In this document: positions 35,532 through 46,805 of the stretch, piece after piece | Layout of the letters: every line of letters begins with the position of its first letter | Position numbering within the stretch: position 1 is the first letter of the stretch | From: Podarcis bocagei | Lineage: Eukaryota | Strand: one strand, 5' to 3' | DNA length: 64,000 nt | Assembly: GCA_964188305.1 (NCBI GenBank) | Contig: OZ076885.1 | The notes under the pieces: model-generated | Seen by the model: only the letters and a program-made list of their open reading frames with translations | Databases searched by the model: none | Told to the model about the DNA's origin: nothing | Translations under genes and position numbers: made by a program

Positions 35532-38500
35532 ATGGCTCACTTTGATACAGAGTATCAGCGGCTGGAGGCGTCCTACAATGACTCTCCCCCAGGAGAAGAG
35601 GACCTGATGGTTCATGTTGCCGAGGGCAGCAAATGTGAGTACAGCTGTGAGTGGCCAGCCTTGGCGCCAGGCACCCCACAAATCAGTGGTGATGGTGCCT
35701 GGGACTAGTGAAAGACTATTCTGAACAGGAAGTGGAATTGTGGGATTCTGACTCTGTTTCTGGAGAAACTGCATTTGCTGTGCAGCATGTTTTCAAGCAT
35801 GCCGGTTCCTGGGAAGCAGCAGTAATAGGAGAAGGCAGTTGCATTCTTGTATTGCTTGTGGATTTCCCAGAGGCATGTGACTGGCCACTGTGGGACTAGA
35901 CGGGCCTTTGGTCTTATGTTCTTAGTAAGTTCCCACAAAATTGAGCAAGGCTTTTTCTCTAGAAAGTGTCTTTAGGGTTCAGCTTTGAACTTTTGTTCTT
36001 AAAATATTGGGCTTGGATGGGGCCATGGGATGCTGTGTCGCAGCTCCCTCTCCCTCTGGCTTCTTTCTGCTGTGTAGAATTTTAGGGTTCTTTTTTCACT
36101 TTGTCTGTCTTGCAGCTCCCTGGCACCACATTGAGAATCTGGACCTCTTTTTCTCTCGTATATCCTTACCTGAAGGGCAGGGATGGTTGTATCCCAGCTG
36201 TCGGGATTGGTGGTGGGGCTCGGTTGCAGCAGAGCTGGGAACCCTTTACAAGGTTCCTTGTGGCCCATTAAACACTCCAAGAGGCAAAGGACCTTTCAGT
36301 ATCAGTTCAGGAACAAAGGATAGCATAATCAAGAACCAGCCTCTGGAACCCATACAGGTTTACAGGCCAGACAGCAACATAGCAATACAAGGAGATTTGC
36401 AATCACCCCCTCAAATGGAATTCTTTACGGCAGAAAGTTACTGACTCTTTCCTCCTGATGGTGGCTAATCGTGGCTTAATAGCATGGCAGGTTGAACTGG
36501 AAAAGGAGATGCTTCCTGCTAATGGGAGACTAGTCTCTGGTGAAACTAAGGGTGGGTACTGCAACCAATATTCTGAGCAATTCTCTTTGACTGTACCCCT
36601 CACGTCTATAACCTGCACCAGAAGAATGGCTTCACCTGTATGCTCATCAGTGAGATCTTTGAATTAATGTGAGTATGAACTCCATGTCTCTTCCAGTAAA
36701 ACAGGATTGGAAGTGGACATTCATTGTATTTCCATGGGCACCTTGTCAGAGGTGAAAAAAAGAGTTCTGGTTTCTGCTGGAGCTAGTGATCCTTCCCTGG
36801 CCCCAATTCCCTGTCATTCAGGTTGATAGGAAAACAAATCCTACTCCTGATTCTCTTTATGCAAGATGTCTCTGGTGTGAAGGATTTAGACAGCTGGTGC
36901 CTTCTGCTGGCCCAGATAATTTGAAGATGGGAGCGGGGAAGGCTGAGTGCCTCCTAGTGTGACACATCTTCTCTTCTCACAGGCAGTTCATCTTTGTTGT
37001 GGCCTTCACCACATTCCTTGTCAGCTGTGTTGACTACGATATCCTGTTTGCTAACAAGCTGGTGAATCACAGCCAGCATTCCAGTGACCCTGTCAAGGTG
37101 ACCCTGCCAGATGCCTTCCTGCCTCCCAATGAGTGCAGTGCCAGGTAAAGTTAGCAAGGACTATCCTTCCCTAAATTTGACCACATCCTAGCCCATCTTG
37201 GTCGGGTCTAAAATCCAAGAGGCCTCTTGAAGTGGAAGATCCTCTACTTTGCATTTTAAGTCACACTCAATCGTAGCTGTAGGCTCGGAAATTTAGTTCT
37301 TGCAAGGTGAGCATTGCTGTCAAAACTGCTTTCAGATGTTTGCCTCTATATCTGCCAAATCTGGGGTCTCCAGTGTTAAACTAATGTCAGTGATAAAGTC
37401 GGGCCCCTGACGAGCCAGCTGGACTTTTAATATACTAGACAATCTTTGGCCCCTCAGTGTCTTGTGGATTAACTGTGAGAGAAAGCTTTGTATTCACATT
37501 TATAGCTGTACCCATCTTCTCTCAGATTTTCCAGCACAGATGCCCATTAGTACAGTTTAATGTATCTCATCACTGCATAGCCTTGCACCCACCTGAAGTG
37601 CCTGAATTCTAGCAATCTAAGAAGGAGGGGTTGGCACATGCTTTGGAAATAACTGTGACGACCAGAAGGGAGGTAGCTGCTTCTTCCTTTCTGTGAATCC
37701 ATCTTTCTCATAGGATCCAGGCCAATGGCTTTCTCATCTCTATCCTGGTGATTGCGGGGGTCTTCTGGATCCATCGGCTGATTAAATTCATCTACAACAT
37801 TTGCTGCTATTGGGAAATCCACTCTTTTTACATCAACGCTCTCAAGATTCCCATGGTAAGATGCTGTGCTCTGGGAACTGTTAGACATGCATACACAAAT
37901 TTACACAATGTGCTATTGATAGGGAATGTTGACACCTTAGCAATATAGTTCTGATTACCTGATTACAAGCAAATCAGTACTGCCATATCCTTCCCCCACT
38001 TTTTTTTTTTTTTTTTTTTGCAAGCTTCCCAGGAGCATTTGACTGACTGTTACTGGAGGCAGAGTGCTGGACCAACATGACTTTTGGTTTGACCCAGAAT
38101 AACATTTGGGTTGATCCTGCAATTCAGTTCTTAGTGTCTCATGTTCTTTTCCAAGCAGTGAGAAGCCTGCAGATAAGACCTGTTGCTTCTTCTCCTTTAA
38201 GGGAAAAATCTTCCACTCCTGAACCTTCCTCTGTCCCTTAGTGACCTTCCTCCAGAGTTGAACACTGCTGCTGATCTTTCTGGTCTGCTGCTAATCCCAT
38301 GGTTGCTCAATCTGACTTGCTTGGTTGAGTGGCAGGGCTAGTATGATCTGCAGCTGTCATTGTCTGGTTTGCCAGTGTTTGTTATTTGGTCCTTGCCCAA
38401 GAGTGTTAGAAGTTGAGTCTCTGCATAACCAATTCCCTTCCCCTTTTTCAGGAGTGGGGAAAGTTTTTGTTTGTTAAATCTGTCAGTCACTTTATCTTTC

Positions 38501-41500
38501 CCAAGACAACTCAAAGCAACAAACAAACAACCAAATGGACAAAAAAACCCATCCCCAGATACATCAAAACCATTGTGGGGTGGGGGGAGAAATACATTAA
38601 AAACCTACCCACTTCTAACAGGCCACAGATAGTTAAAGGCCAAAGGCCTGGGTATCAAGGAAAGTTTTTGCCTGGCCCATAAAGATATATAATGATGGCA
38701 CCAGGTGAACCACTGTGTGGAGAGCATTCCACAAATGGGGAGCCACCAAAGAAAAGGCTCATCTTCATGTTGCCACCCTCTGGACCTCTTGTGGAGGGGG
38801 GACATGAAGAAGCACTTTAGATGATGACTGCAGGTTCCAGGTGAGTTCATATGGGAAGAGATGGTCCTTGAGGTGTTGCGGTCCTGAGATGTTTGAGGCT
38901 TTATATGTCAAAATTGGGCCCAGAAACTAATTGGCAACCAGTGCAGTCAGGCCAAGATTGGTGTTACATGCTCAAACTGTCCTGCCTTGTTGAGCAACCT
39001 GGCCACTGAATTCCGCAACAGCTGAAGTTTCCGAAATGTCTCAGAGACAGTCCCATGTGCATTGCAGTAATCTAACCTAGAGGTTGCCAGAGCAAGAGAA
39101 GTTAGACTATCCCTGTCCAGTTGGGGTCACAGCTGAGCCACCAGCCAAAGCTGATGGAAAGCACTCCATGCCACTGAGGCCACCTGAGCCTCAAGTGACA
39201 CCAATGGATCCAGAATTATCCCCAAGTTGTGTACCTGCTCCTTCAGAAGGGAGTGTATACCCACCAAGAGGATTAGCCTAGTCACAGCACTAACCTCACC
39301 ATCCCTTTCTTTGCCTGCAGTCCAATTTGCCCTACTACACATGGCAGGAGGTGCAGGCACGGATTGTCCAAATCCAGAAGGAACACCAGATCTGCATCCA
39401 TAAGAAGGAGCTGACAGAGCTGGACATCTACCACCGCATCCTGCGTTTCAAGAACTACATGGTGGCCATGGTGAACAAGTCGCTATTGCCTATGCGCTTC
39501 CACCTCCCCCTACTGGGCGATACAATCTTCTATACGCGTGGCCTCAAGTACAACTTTGAGCTCATCTTCTTCTGGGGCCCTGGCTCACTCTTTGAGAATG
39601 AGTGGAGTCTCAAGGCCGAGTACAAGCGAGGCAGCAACCGCCTGGAGCTGGCTGAAAAGCTGGGCAGCCGCATCCTCTGGATTGGCATTGCTAATTTTCT
39701 GCTCTGTCCGCTCATCCTCATCTGGCAGATCCTCTATGCCTTCTTCAGCTACACAGAGATTCTGAAGCGAGAGCCAGGAAGCTTGGGGGCTCGTTGCTGG
39801 TCTCTCTACGGCCGCTGCTACCTGCGGCACTTCAATGAGCTGGACCATGAGTTGCACTCACGCCTCAGCAAGGGCTACAAGCCAGCCTCCAAGTACATGA
39901 ACTGCTTCATTTCACCTCTGTTCACTGTCGTGGCTAAGAATGTGGCCTTCTTTGCTGGCTCCATCCTCGCTGTCCTCATTGCCCTCACAATTTATGATGA
40001 AGACGTGCTTGCTGTGGAGCATGTCCTCACCACAGTCACCATTCTGGGTGTGGCTGTCACTGTCTGCAGGTGAGTTGAGATTGGCTGCGAACAGAAGGGT
40101 TTTTGTTTTTGTTCTCTGAGTCTTGGCATTAATAGGGTGGTTGCCATTATTATGAGGAGCACCCAATCAGAGAATTGACAGGTGAATAATTAAAGGCATT
40201 CTGCTGACCAAAAATTGCATTAAGCTACAAAAGTTTTTCTGCTGGGTCTCCCACTGAGAAAGTTAATGGGAGATGAATTGCCTGTGTTGCCTTTTCCTTC
40301 CGTGGCAATGGTAGCTAGGACACTTGAGGAAATATGATTAAGCTTAACAACCCATGTCTTTCAGCTCTGCAAAACAGGTTGCTTCCCTGGTTTAGTGAGC
40401 TCAATGATGGTGGTGCCTTGGAGTTGTTTAAACTGTGACATCTGCAATGAGAGGGCCCCTGGGATGGTTCGAGGCAAAGCCTGGTTTTTCTAGAATAGTG
40501 CAACCTTAGACTTACCTTTCAGCTTTTGCCTAGATCAAGCAAGGGCAGAGCTTCTATCTGTCCCTGAAGAATGTGACAGGCACTGCTTGAAGGTAATACT
40601 CTGGGGTGAGTCACAAACTAGGGTAAGCGGACAGAAATGGGGGAAAAAGGCGTTGGAAACATCAGCTCAGCTTGATATCTGAGAGATGAAACAATGGTGG
40701 GAGTGGTATAGCAGGTATAGCTGCTGGTTAAAAAGAGTTAGCTGTGCTGTATATTGATGTGCAGTAAAAATCAACCTGAAAATTCCTATGTTGTAATTGA
40801 TAGTTGATCAGCTTCTGACATTTTAGATTGATGTAACCTGCCACTGACTTAATGTTGAATTAGGAGTCAGAAATCCAGAATCTAGGAATTTGGCTGATCA
40901 CTGAGTCTGTATTACCCTTTTATCAAAGGCAGTCTGAACAGTTCTGTACTGCAAATAAGGATATAAATAAGTACATAAATGTGTGAAATTATCATCTCCC
41001 TCCACAGTGAACCAGTTTGTTAAAGCTGAACCTGCTATATCTGACCCATAAATAGCTTATCTCACTACACTCCTCTGTGTTCATCTTTCCATGAAGAGGG
41101 AACATGGGGCTGGGGACCCCTAGAACATAAGGTGCCTGTCTGCTTGCTTTTATGAAGGAAAGTAGCTCTCCTTGACACCTGTCCCATCTGTCTTGCAGAT
41201 CCTTCATCCCAGACCAGCACCTGGTCTTCTGCCCAGAGCAGTTGCTTCGGGTGATTCTGGCGCACATCCACTACATGCCTGACCACTGGCAGGGCAACGC
41301 CCACCGCTATGAAACCCGAGATGAATTCTCCCAGCTCTTCCAGTACAAGGCGGTGAGGTGGGGCAGGGTAGGGTGGGAGGAAATCATATAAGAGCTGCCC
41401 TTTGCATAAACCCTGACTAGATCCAAGCATGTATTGTCCATGGAGTCCCCCCCCCAAATGGGGGAGGTTCTCTGACCCCAGGGCATGTGGGAGGAAAGAA

Positions 41501-44500
41501 TCACTGGTATTTCCCCCAGTTTTTCTCCCCAATGCATGCAGTCATGTCTTGAGGCTGTGCTGTGGTTTCACAAGTGATACACACCCGTGCAGTTGTTGAA
41601 CTTAATGCCTTTGTCTCCTTTACTTAAGGTGTTCATCCTGGAAGAGCTGCTCAGCCCCATTGTGACTCCCTTGATCCTCATCTTCTGTCTGAGGCCCAAA
41701 GCTCTGGAGATAATTGATTTCTTCCGCAACTTCACTGTGGAGGTGGTGGGCGTGGGAGATACCTGCTCCTTTGCCCAGATGGATGTGCGGTGGCATGGAC
41801 ACCCTGCGGTAAGTCCCAGTGAGGGGCAGCATCATGGGCCCGACATGCCTTGCCTCGTCCTGGGTCACAAACACCCTGCAGTGCCCCTGTCCAACCCCAG
41901 TATGCAGCTGTGATGCTGCTCGCAGGTCAGGTCTGCAGTGCCCTTGTGTCTGCTGGCTGCTCCTAGTCCCATTGAGGCAGCTGCATGGTGTGCACAAAAC
42001 ACCCTGTCCCTCTCTTGTTTTGCAGTGGATGTCAGCCGGGAAGACGGAGGCTTCCGTTTACCAACAAGCCGAGGATGGCAAGACGGAGCTGTCCCTCATG
42101 CACTTTGCTATCACCAACCCACACTGGCAGCCTCCTCGGGAGAGCACGGCTTTCATCGGCTTGCTTAAGGAACGTGTGCACCGCGACAGCAGCCTGGCTC
42201 TGGCCCAGCAGGCTGTCCTGCCTGACAATGCCCTCTTCACCTCCATTCAGTCCTTGCAGTCAGAATCAGAGGTATTGGGAACTAGTGTGTGGTAGAACAG
42301 GACATAATCCTGGTTTATCATAGGGAGAGATTTGGAGTGAACTGTTTCTTTTTGGTGGGATGGGGATAATGTTTCTATGTGGGCTTCTGGGCTCTGTGTG
42401 GAGTCATTTGAGTGCCATGGTAGTATGGCTGCCACTGTCTCATTGTGACCTAATTAGACTACCTTCCTCTTGCAAGCATGCTAATTCTGTCTCCTGTTAT
42501 CTCTTCAGCAAAAGTTAGCCATACCCTCCTAAAAGTTGGCACCTTCAGAGTCTCCACGTTACCCATCCTCTCTCCCCACTCCTTTATTTCCCAATTCCTT
42601 TCCCTAGGATATCTTATTGCTTCTGTATATTTTTATTGTGAAAGTTTTAAGCTTACGGAAGACTCAAAGGTTGCAAAATGGAATTGTGATGAATCAATGA
42701 GATTCCTGTTGATATGAATTGATATTGGAATAAATATTGTTCAATAAGATGCACAAATAACACTCAAATGTAAAGTCAGACATAAATAAGCAACATCCCT
42801 CCCACCCCACCCCAGAAGGTCCTTGGTGTCTTGTGGTTACATTATTGCAATTTCACTTATCCAACTGCATACAATCAAAAACCTAAGGTCCTTTTGTGTT
42901 TAGGATCTCTTAATGTGATTAACAATCCCCTTCTCACTGAATCACTTGTCTTTCCTATAAGAAAGTCCCCCAACACCTGTAGCATCTTCTCTTCCAAGTG
43001 TCACCATTTAGAAAGCATTTGAATTGCTGGGGGCTGGAGATGGGTGGGCTAATTTTCCAAAATGTGGAGAGAATTCAGGATCCCCGTTGCAAAGGCAAAG
43101 GTGACGTTATTTATTTTTATTTTTATTAAAATAAAACCGCCCTTCATCCAAGAATCACAGGGTGGTTTGCAAAGTTCAGTTGTGGTGGTGAAGCGTTGAA
43201 TGTAGATAGATGGGGCAGGCTTTGGATCTTCCTGCCTGGGTCACACCTCCCTCCTCTGTTCTCTCCCTGCAGCCACACAGCCTGATTGCCAATGTGATTG
43301 CAGGCTCCTCAGTCCTGGGCTACCAGGCAGTCCGTGATGGGCAGGCCTCACGGCATCTCTCGGCTGTGTCTGAGGTGGCATCTGCCCTGCGTTCTTTCTC
43401 TCCTCTTCAGTCAACGCAGGCGGCCCACAGGAGTTCCCACACAGAAGGTTCCCAACATCGGGGTCCTGGCACAATGGCAGGCTCAGGGTAAGAAGCTGCA
43501 TGTTGTAAAGGGCTATTGAGCACCTCACCAGCACTTTACCCAGAGTGCTCGGAGGACTATTTCATGAGGCTTTTCCCAGCACAGCTATACATTACTGTGT
43601 GTTAGAGCAGGAGGCAGCCTCCCAGATGTGCCTTTGAAGCAGCAGCAAGAGCTTTTTATGCCTTTTATTACCTCCCTCCTATTGGACTCCCAGTTCCCAT
43701 CAGTGCCAACTAGCATGGCCAGTGGCAAAGACTGGTCACAAGCTCCCCACCCATGGCTTAGGGTTTCCTTGTGTTTGGAGCTGAGGTTATGAGGGACAGC
43801 AGAAAGCTATCCAGTTCTGCAAGGCTCCCCAAAAGATTGCTGTGTGTCTAAACACACACTTTGGAATCCTTTTAGTTATCAGGCTACAGCAGTGGTATGG
43901 TTGATGTCACCCTTTCTAGGCTCAGACTCGGAGGGGGGAAAGTGTGGAGTGGCAAGAAGGTGCCTTCTGGACTCCAAATTACTCTTTCTAACACATCTTG
44001 ACTTGACTCTTCTCTCCCTTCTGGCTTGCAGGGTTGATGCCAGGACAGCTAGTTCTGGCAGTAGTGCCTGGGAGGGCCAGCTTCAGAGCCTGATCCTTTC
44101 AGAATATGCCTCTACTGAGATGAGTCTGCATGCACTCTACATGCATGAGGTGAGCTGAACATCAAGAATCATGCAGGCCTTTGCAATGGGCCCTGAAGGT
44201 TCTGTGTAGACCTACATCTTGAGACATGTGTACCTGAATGAGCACAGCAAAGGAGGACCGAATAAGCCTCTGTACTGTGATATAGCTCCTAACCTAAGAG
44301 ATAGGCCCTTCATTATACAGAAATCAGGCTGGGAGCAAAGGCTCCCTTCACTGGGCCATGATTTATGACAATTTGTGCACAACTGAAGATGAGTAGAGAG
44401 TCTATAGGCTTGCAGGATGTGAGCAAGACTTTCATGGATGCAGGTGATGACTTGCATAGACCTGTGTAGAAGCATGTGAAATTAAGGCTGTAAATGTGAT

Positions 44501-46805
44501 ATTTATGTGGAGGCCTGTGATACTTGGATTGTATCAGGTCCCAAACTGGGCTTGCTTGGGACACACATCAATGTCACCATAGTGTTCTAGTTGGCTGCCC
44601 ATTAATACTCCCTGCCATTCTCAGTTACACAAGCAGCATGCCCAGTTGGAGCCTGAGCGGCACTTGTGGCACCGGCGAGAGAGTGATGAGAGTGGTGAAA
44701 GTGCCCAGGAGGAGCCCGATGCTCATCAGGGCACCCCAAGCAGTGCCATTCCCCGTTCAGCCAGTTATCCTTTCGCCTCGCCTCGCCAGGCTGGTGATGA
44801 GACAGCTGCTCTGCAAGCCGGCTTCCAGCGCCGATATGGTGGTGTCTCAGGTATGTTTCAGGAACACCAAACTCACAGTACAGAAAAGGCTTTATTTCCT
44901 GCCAAACCCTGCACATACACATGCTGGCATTTCTTGTTAACTACAGGGCAACGAGAGAAAAAGATTAGATATCAGTCTGACATGCTGCTTGGCAGTTTTG
45001 GTGAACCCTTTTGATGGCATGGCCAGTGCATCATATATAAGAGGCAAGCCTTTACCTGTGCTGCCTACACTCTCAGATTGCCTCAAGCCTTCACTCCTTG
45101 CTGATCAGCAGGTTTGGAGCACTGGCTAGCAGTGCTACAAGAGTGGCATTATGAGTTTGGGAAGTTCAAAAATCCATTTTGCTTTCGTTGCTGCCGTTTC
45201 AGAAGGCACCATTTTCTCTGTGATTTGGGCTCTCATTTTCTTTAGTTTTGATTTTCAGAAGGCTCAATTTTCTTTGGTTATGAATTTCCAGAAGGGTAAC
45301 CATGCCAGTCCATGAAAGCATGTGGCACCTTAAAGACTAATTTATGACATATTCATACCTCATCAGATGGAGTAGACTATGGTTCATAATAAATTTATTA
45401 GTCTTAAATGGTGCCACAAGAGTCTTCATTGTTCTGGTCACAAAGCTATCAATATACTTATTTCTTTCAACAAGGGGCATGGCCAAAGCTGGCAGGGTAG
45501 GGTGTTGCTTAATAGACTTGGTTAGAGGAGCAGGTGGAAACAAAAAGACCAAGAGTACTTGCAAGATACTATATTTCCACTTACGCCACTGCTTCCCAGC
45601 TACTGTATCTGTGTTGGGTGGTAATGAGGAACAGAGCAGACTGGAAGCCCCAAACAGATTTTGCAGCAAACTGATCTCATTTAACTTTGGCTACCCCATC
45701 CGGTGGTTATCTTTTCCTCTTTGTTTTCCCACAGACCCTGGCATGGTGCACAGAGCCCCGTCACACTTCGCTCGGCTGCCACTTGGGGGGTGGGCTGAAG
45801 ATGGCCAGACTGCTCGGCACCCAGAGCCTGTGCCAGAGGAGAGCTTGGAAGATGAGTTGCCACCTCAGATACACAAGGTACAGCCTGGTTGATAGTTGGG
45901 CATTGGCAATGGCTGTATCATGAAACCAGAGGAATCTGCAGCCTCTTAATGCAGCTATATGTATTACTGCACTATCATCACCAGAAGCTACCTGGCCAAA
46001 GACTAGTTAGTACAAAAATAATTTGATTTTGTGTTTTGGAAGGCTCTACTGATACGAACTAGTCGGGCTTTCAGGAACTCATACACAAAGCAGACCAAAT
46101 AAATCAGGCAATGCTATTCTGTAAACTGCCCCGTGTTCCTTGGTTGAAGGGAGAAATTTAAATTTATAAATTAAAGAAAGAAAGCCATGTTTGGGTAGAC
46201 TCCCCCCCCCCAAGTGTCATCTCAGAGTAAGAGGGAAGAGAGTAATATGAGAAGTTGAGAGAGTAAGCCAGGCTTCCTCAACCTTGGCCCTCCAGATGTT
46301 TTTGGCCTACAACTCCCATGATCCCTAGCTAGCAGGACCAGTGGTCAGGGATGATGGGAATTGTAGTCTCAAAACATCTGGAGGTTGAGGAAGCCTGGAG
46401 TAAGCTATGGAGGGACAGAGAGCAATGACAGGCATTCTGTGAAAGATCTCTAGCTTCAGTGTGCTAGCCACACACAAAAGAAGGCTGGGGGCATTTTCTG
46501 CCTTGGAAAGGGGAATTTCAGTATATGCAGCATTTCTTCCCCTCCATCAGCTGTAGCTGTCAAAATGTTCTCTTCCATATGGGTTTTAGAGGTGGAGGAT
46601 CCTTATTCTCCTTTGCATGTAGTCAGCTGATATTGCTAAATAGCCTACAGCTTGCTTAAAAATAAATACTGAAAGTTTCAGGAGGTGGGATCTTTGTTTG
46701 GCACAAAATCTGGAGTATTCAGAGCTTTGCTTTGACCCAGTCTTTCTCCTCACTGTCCCCCTTCCCAAATAACTTCCTTTGCCTTCCCAATTCCTTCAGG
46801 TGTAG
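35532..46805 (+). CDS. ATG9A: Autophagy-related protein 9A (lipid scramblase), 14 coding exons, 850 aa
   Basis: Exons 35532-35634, 36116-36159, 36604-36668, 36983-37144, 37714-37855, 39321-40069, 41199-41352, 41629-41808, 42026-42271, 43273-43487, 44032-44149, 44625-44850, 45735-45877, 46800-46805 (2553 nt). N-terminus MAHFDTEYQRLEASY; WHHIENLDLFFSRVY; ILRFKNYMVAMVNK; RSASYP; C-terminus DELPPQIHKV*. One intron is AT-AC. Confidence 0.97.
36160..36603 (+). other. U12-type (minor spliceosome) AT-AC intron of ATG9A
   Basis: 5' site |ATATCCTT, branch-like TCTTTGAC (A at 36590), 3' CAC|; these boundaries restore the conserved FFSR|VYNLH. Confidence 0.93.
38690..39290 (-). mobile_element. Degenerate L2 LINE ORF2 fragment
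   Basis: Minus-frame peptide EQVHNLGIILDPLVSLEAQVASVAWSAFHQL resembles the L2 RT C-terminal region; frames are broken; boundaries approximate. Confidence 0.6.
45322..45420. mobile_element. Short inverted-repeat relic, Penelope-like terminus
   Basis: GTGGCACCTTAAAGACTAA ... TTAGTCTTAAATGGTGCCAC imperfect inverted repeat; family assignment from memory. Confidence 0.4.
46269..46397. mobile_element. hAT MITE with perfect 8-bp TSD (abundant family)
   Basis: TIR CAGGCTTCCTCAACC; TSD GAGTAAGC at 46261-68 and 46398-405; internal ACAACTCCCATGATCCC / GGGATGATGGGAATTGT hairpin. More diverged relatives lie near 8370, 22280, 22905, 23342, 43670, 49055 and 58360. Confidence 0.9.

Noticed and set aside
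45344-45892. 182-aa ORF
   Set aside because: Intronic run-in across a repeat relic into the genuine ATG9A exon 45735-45877.
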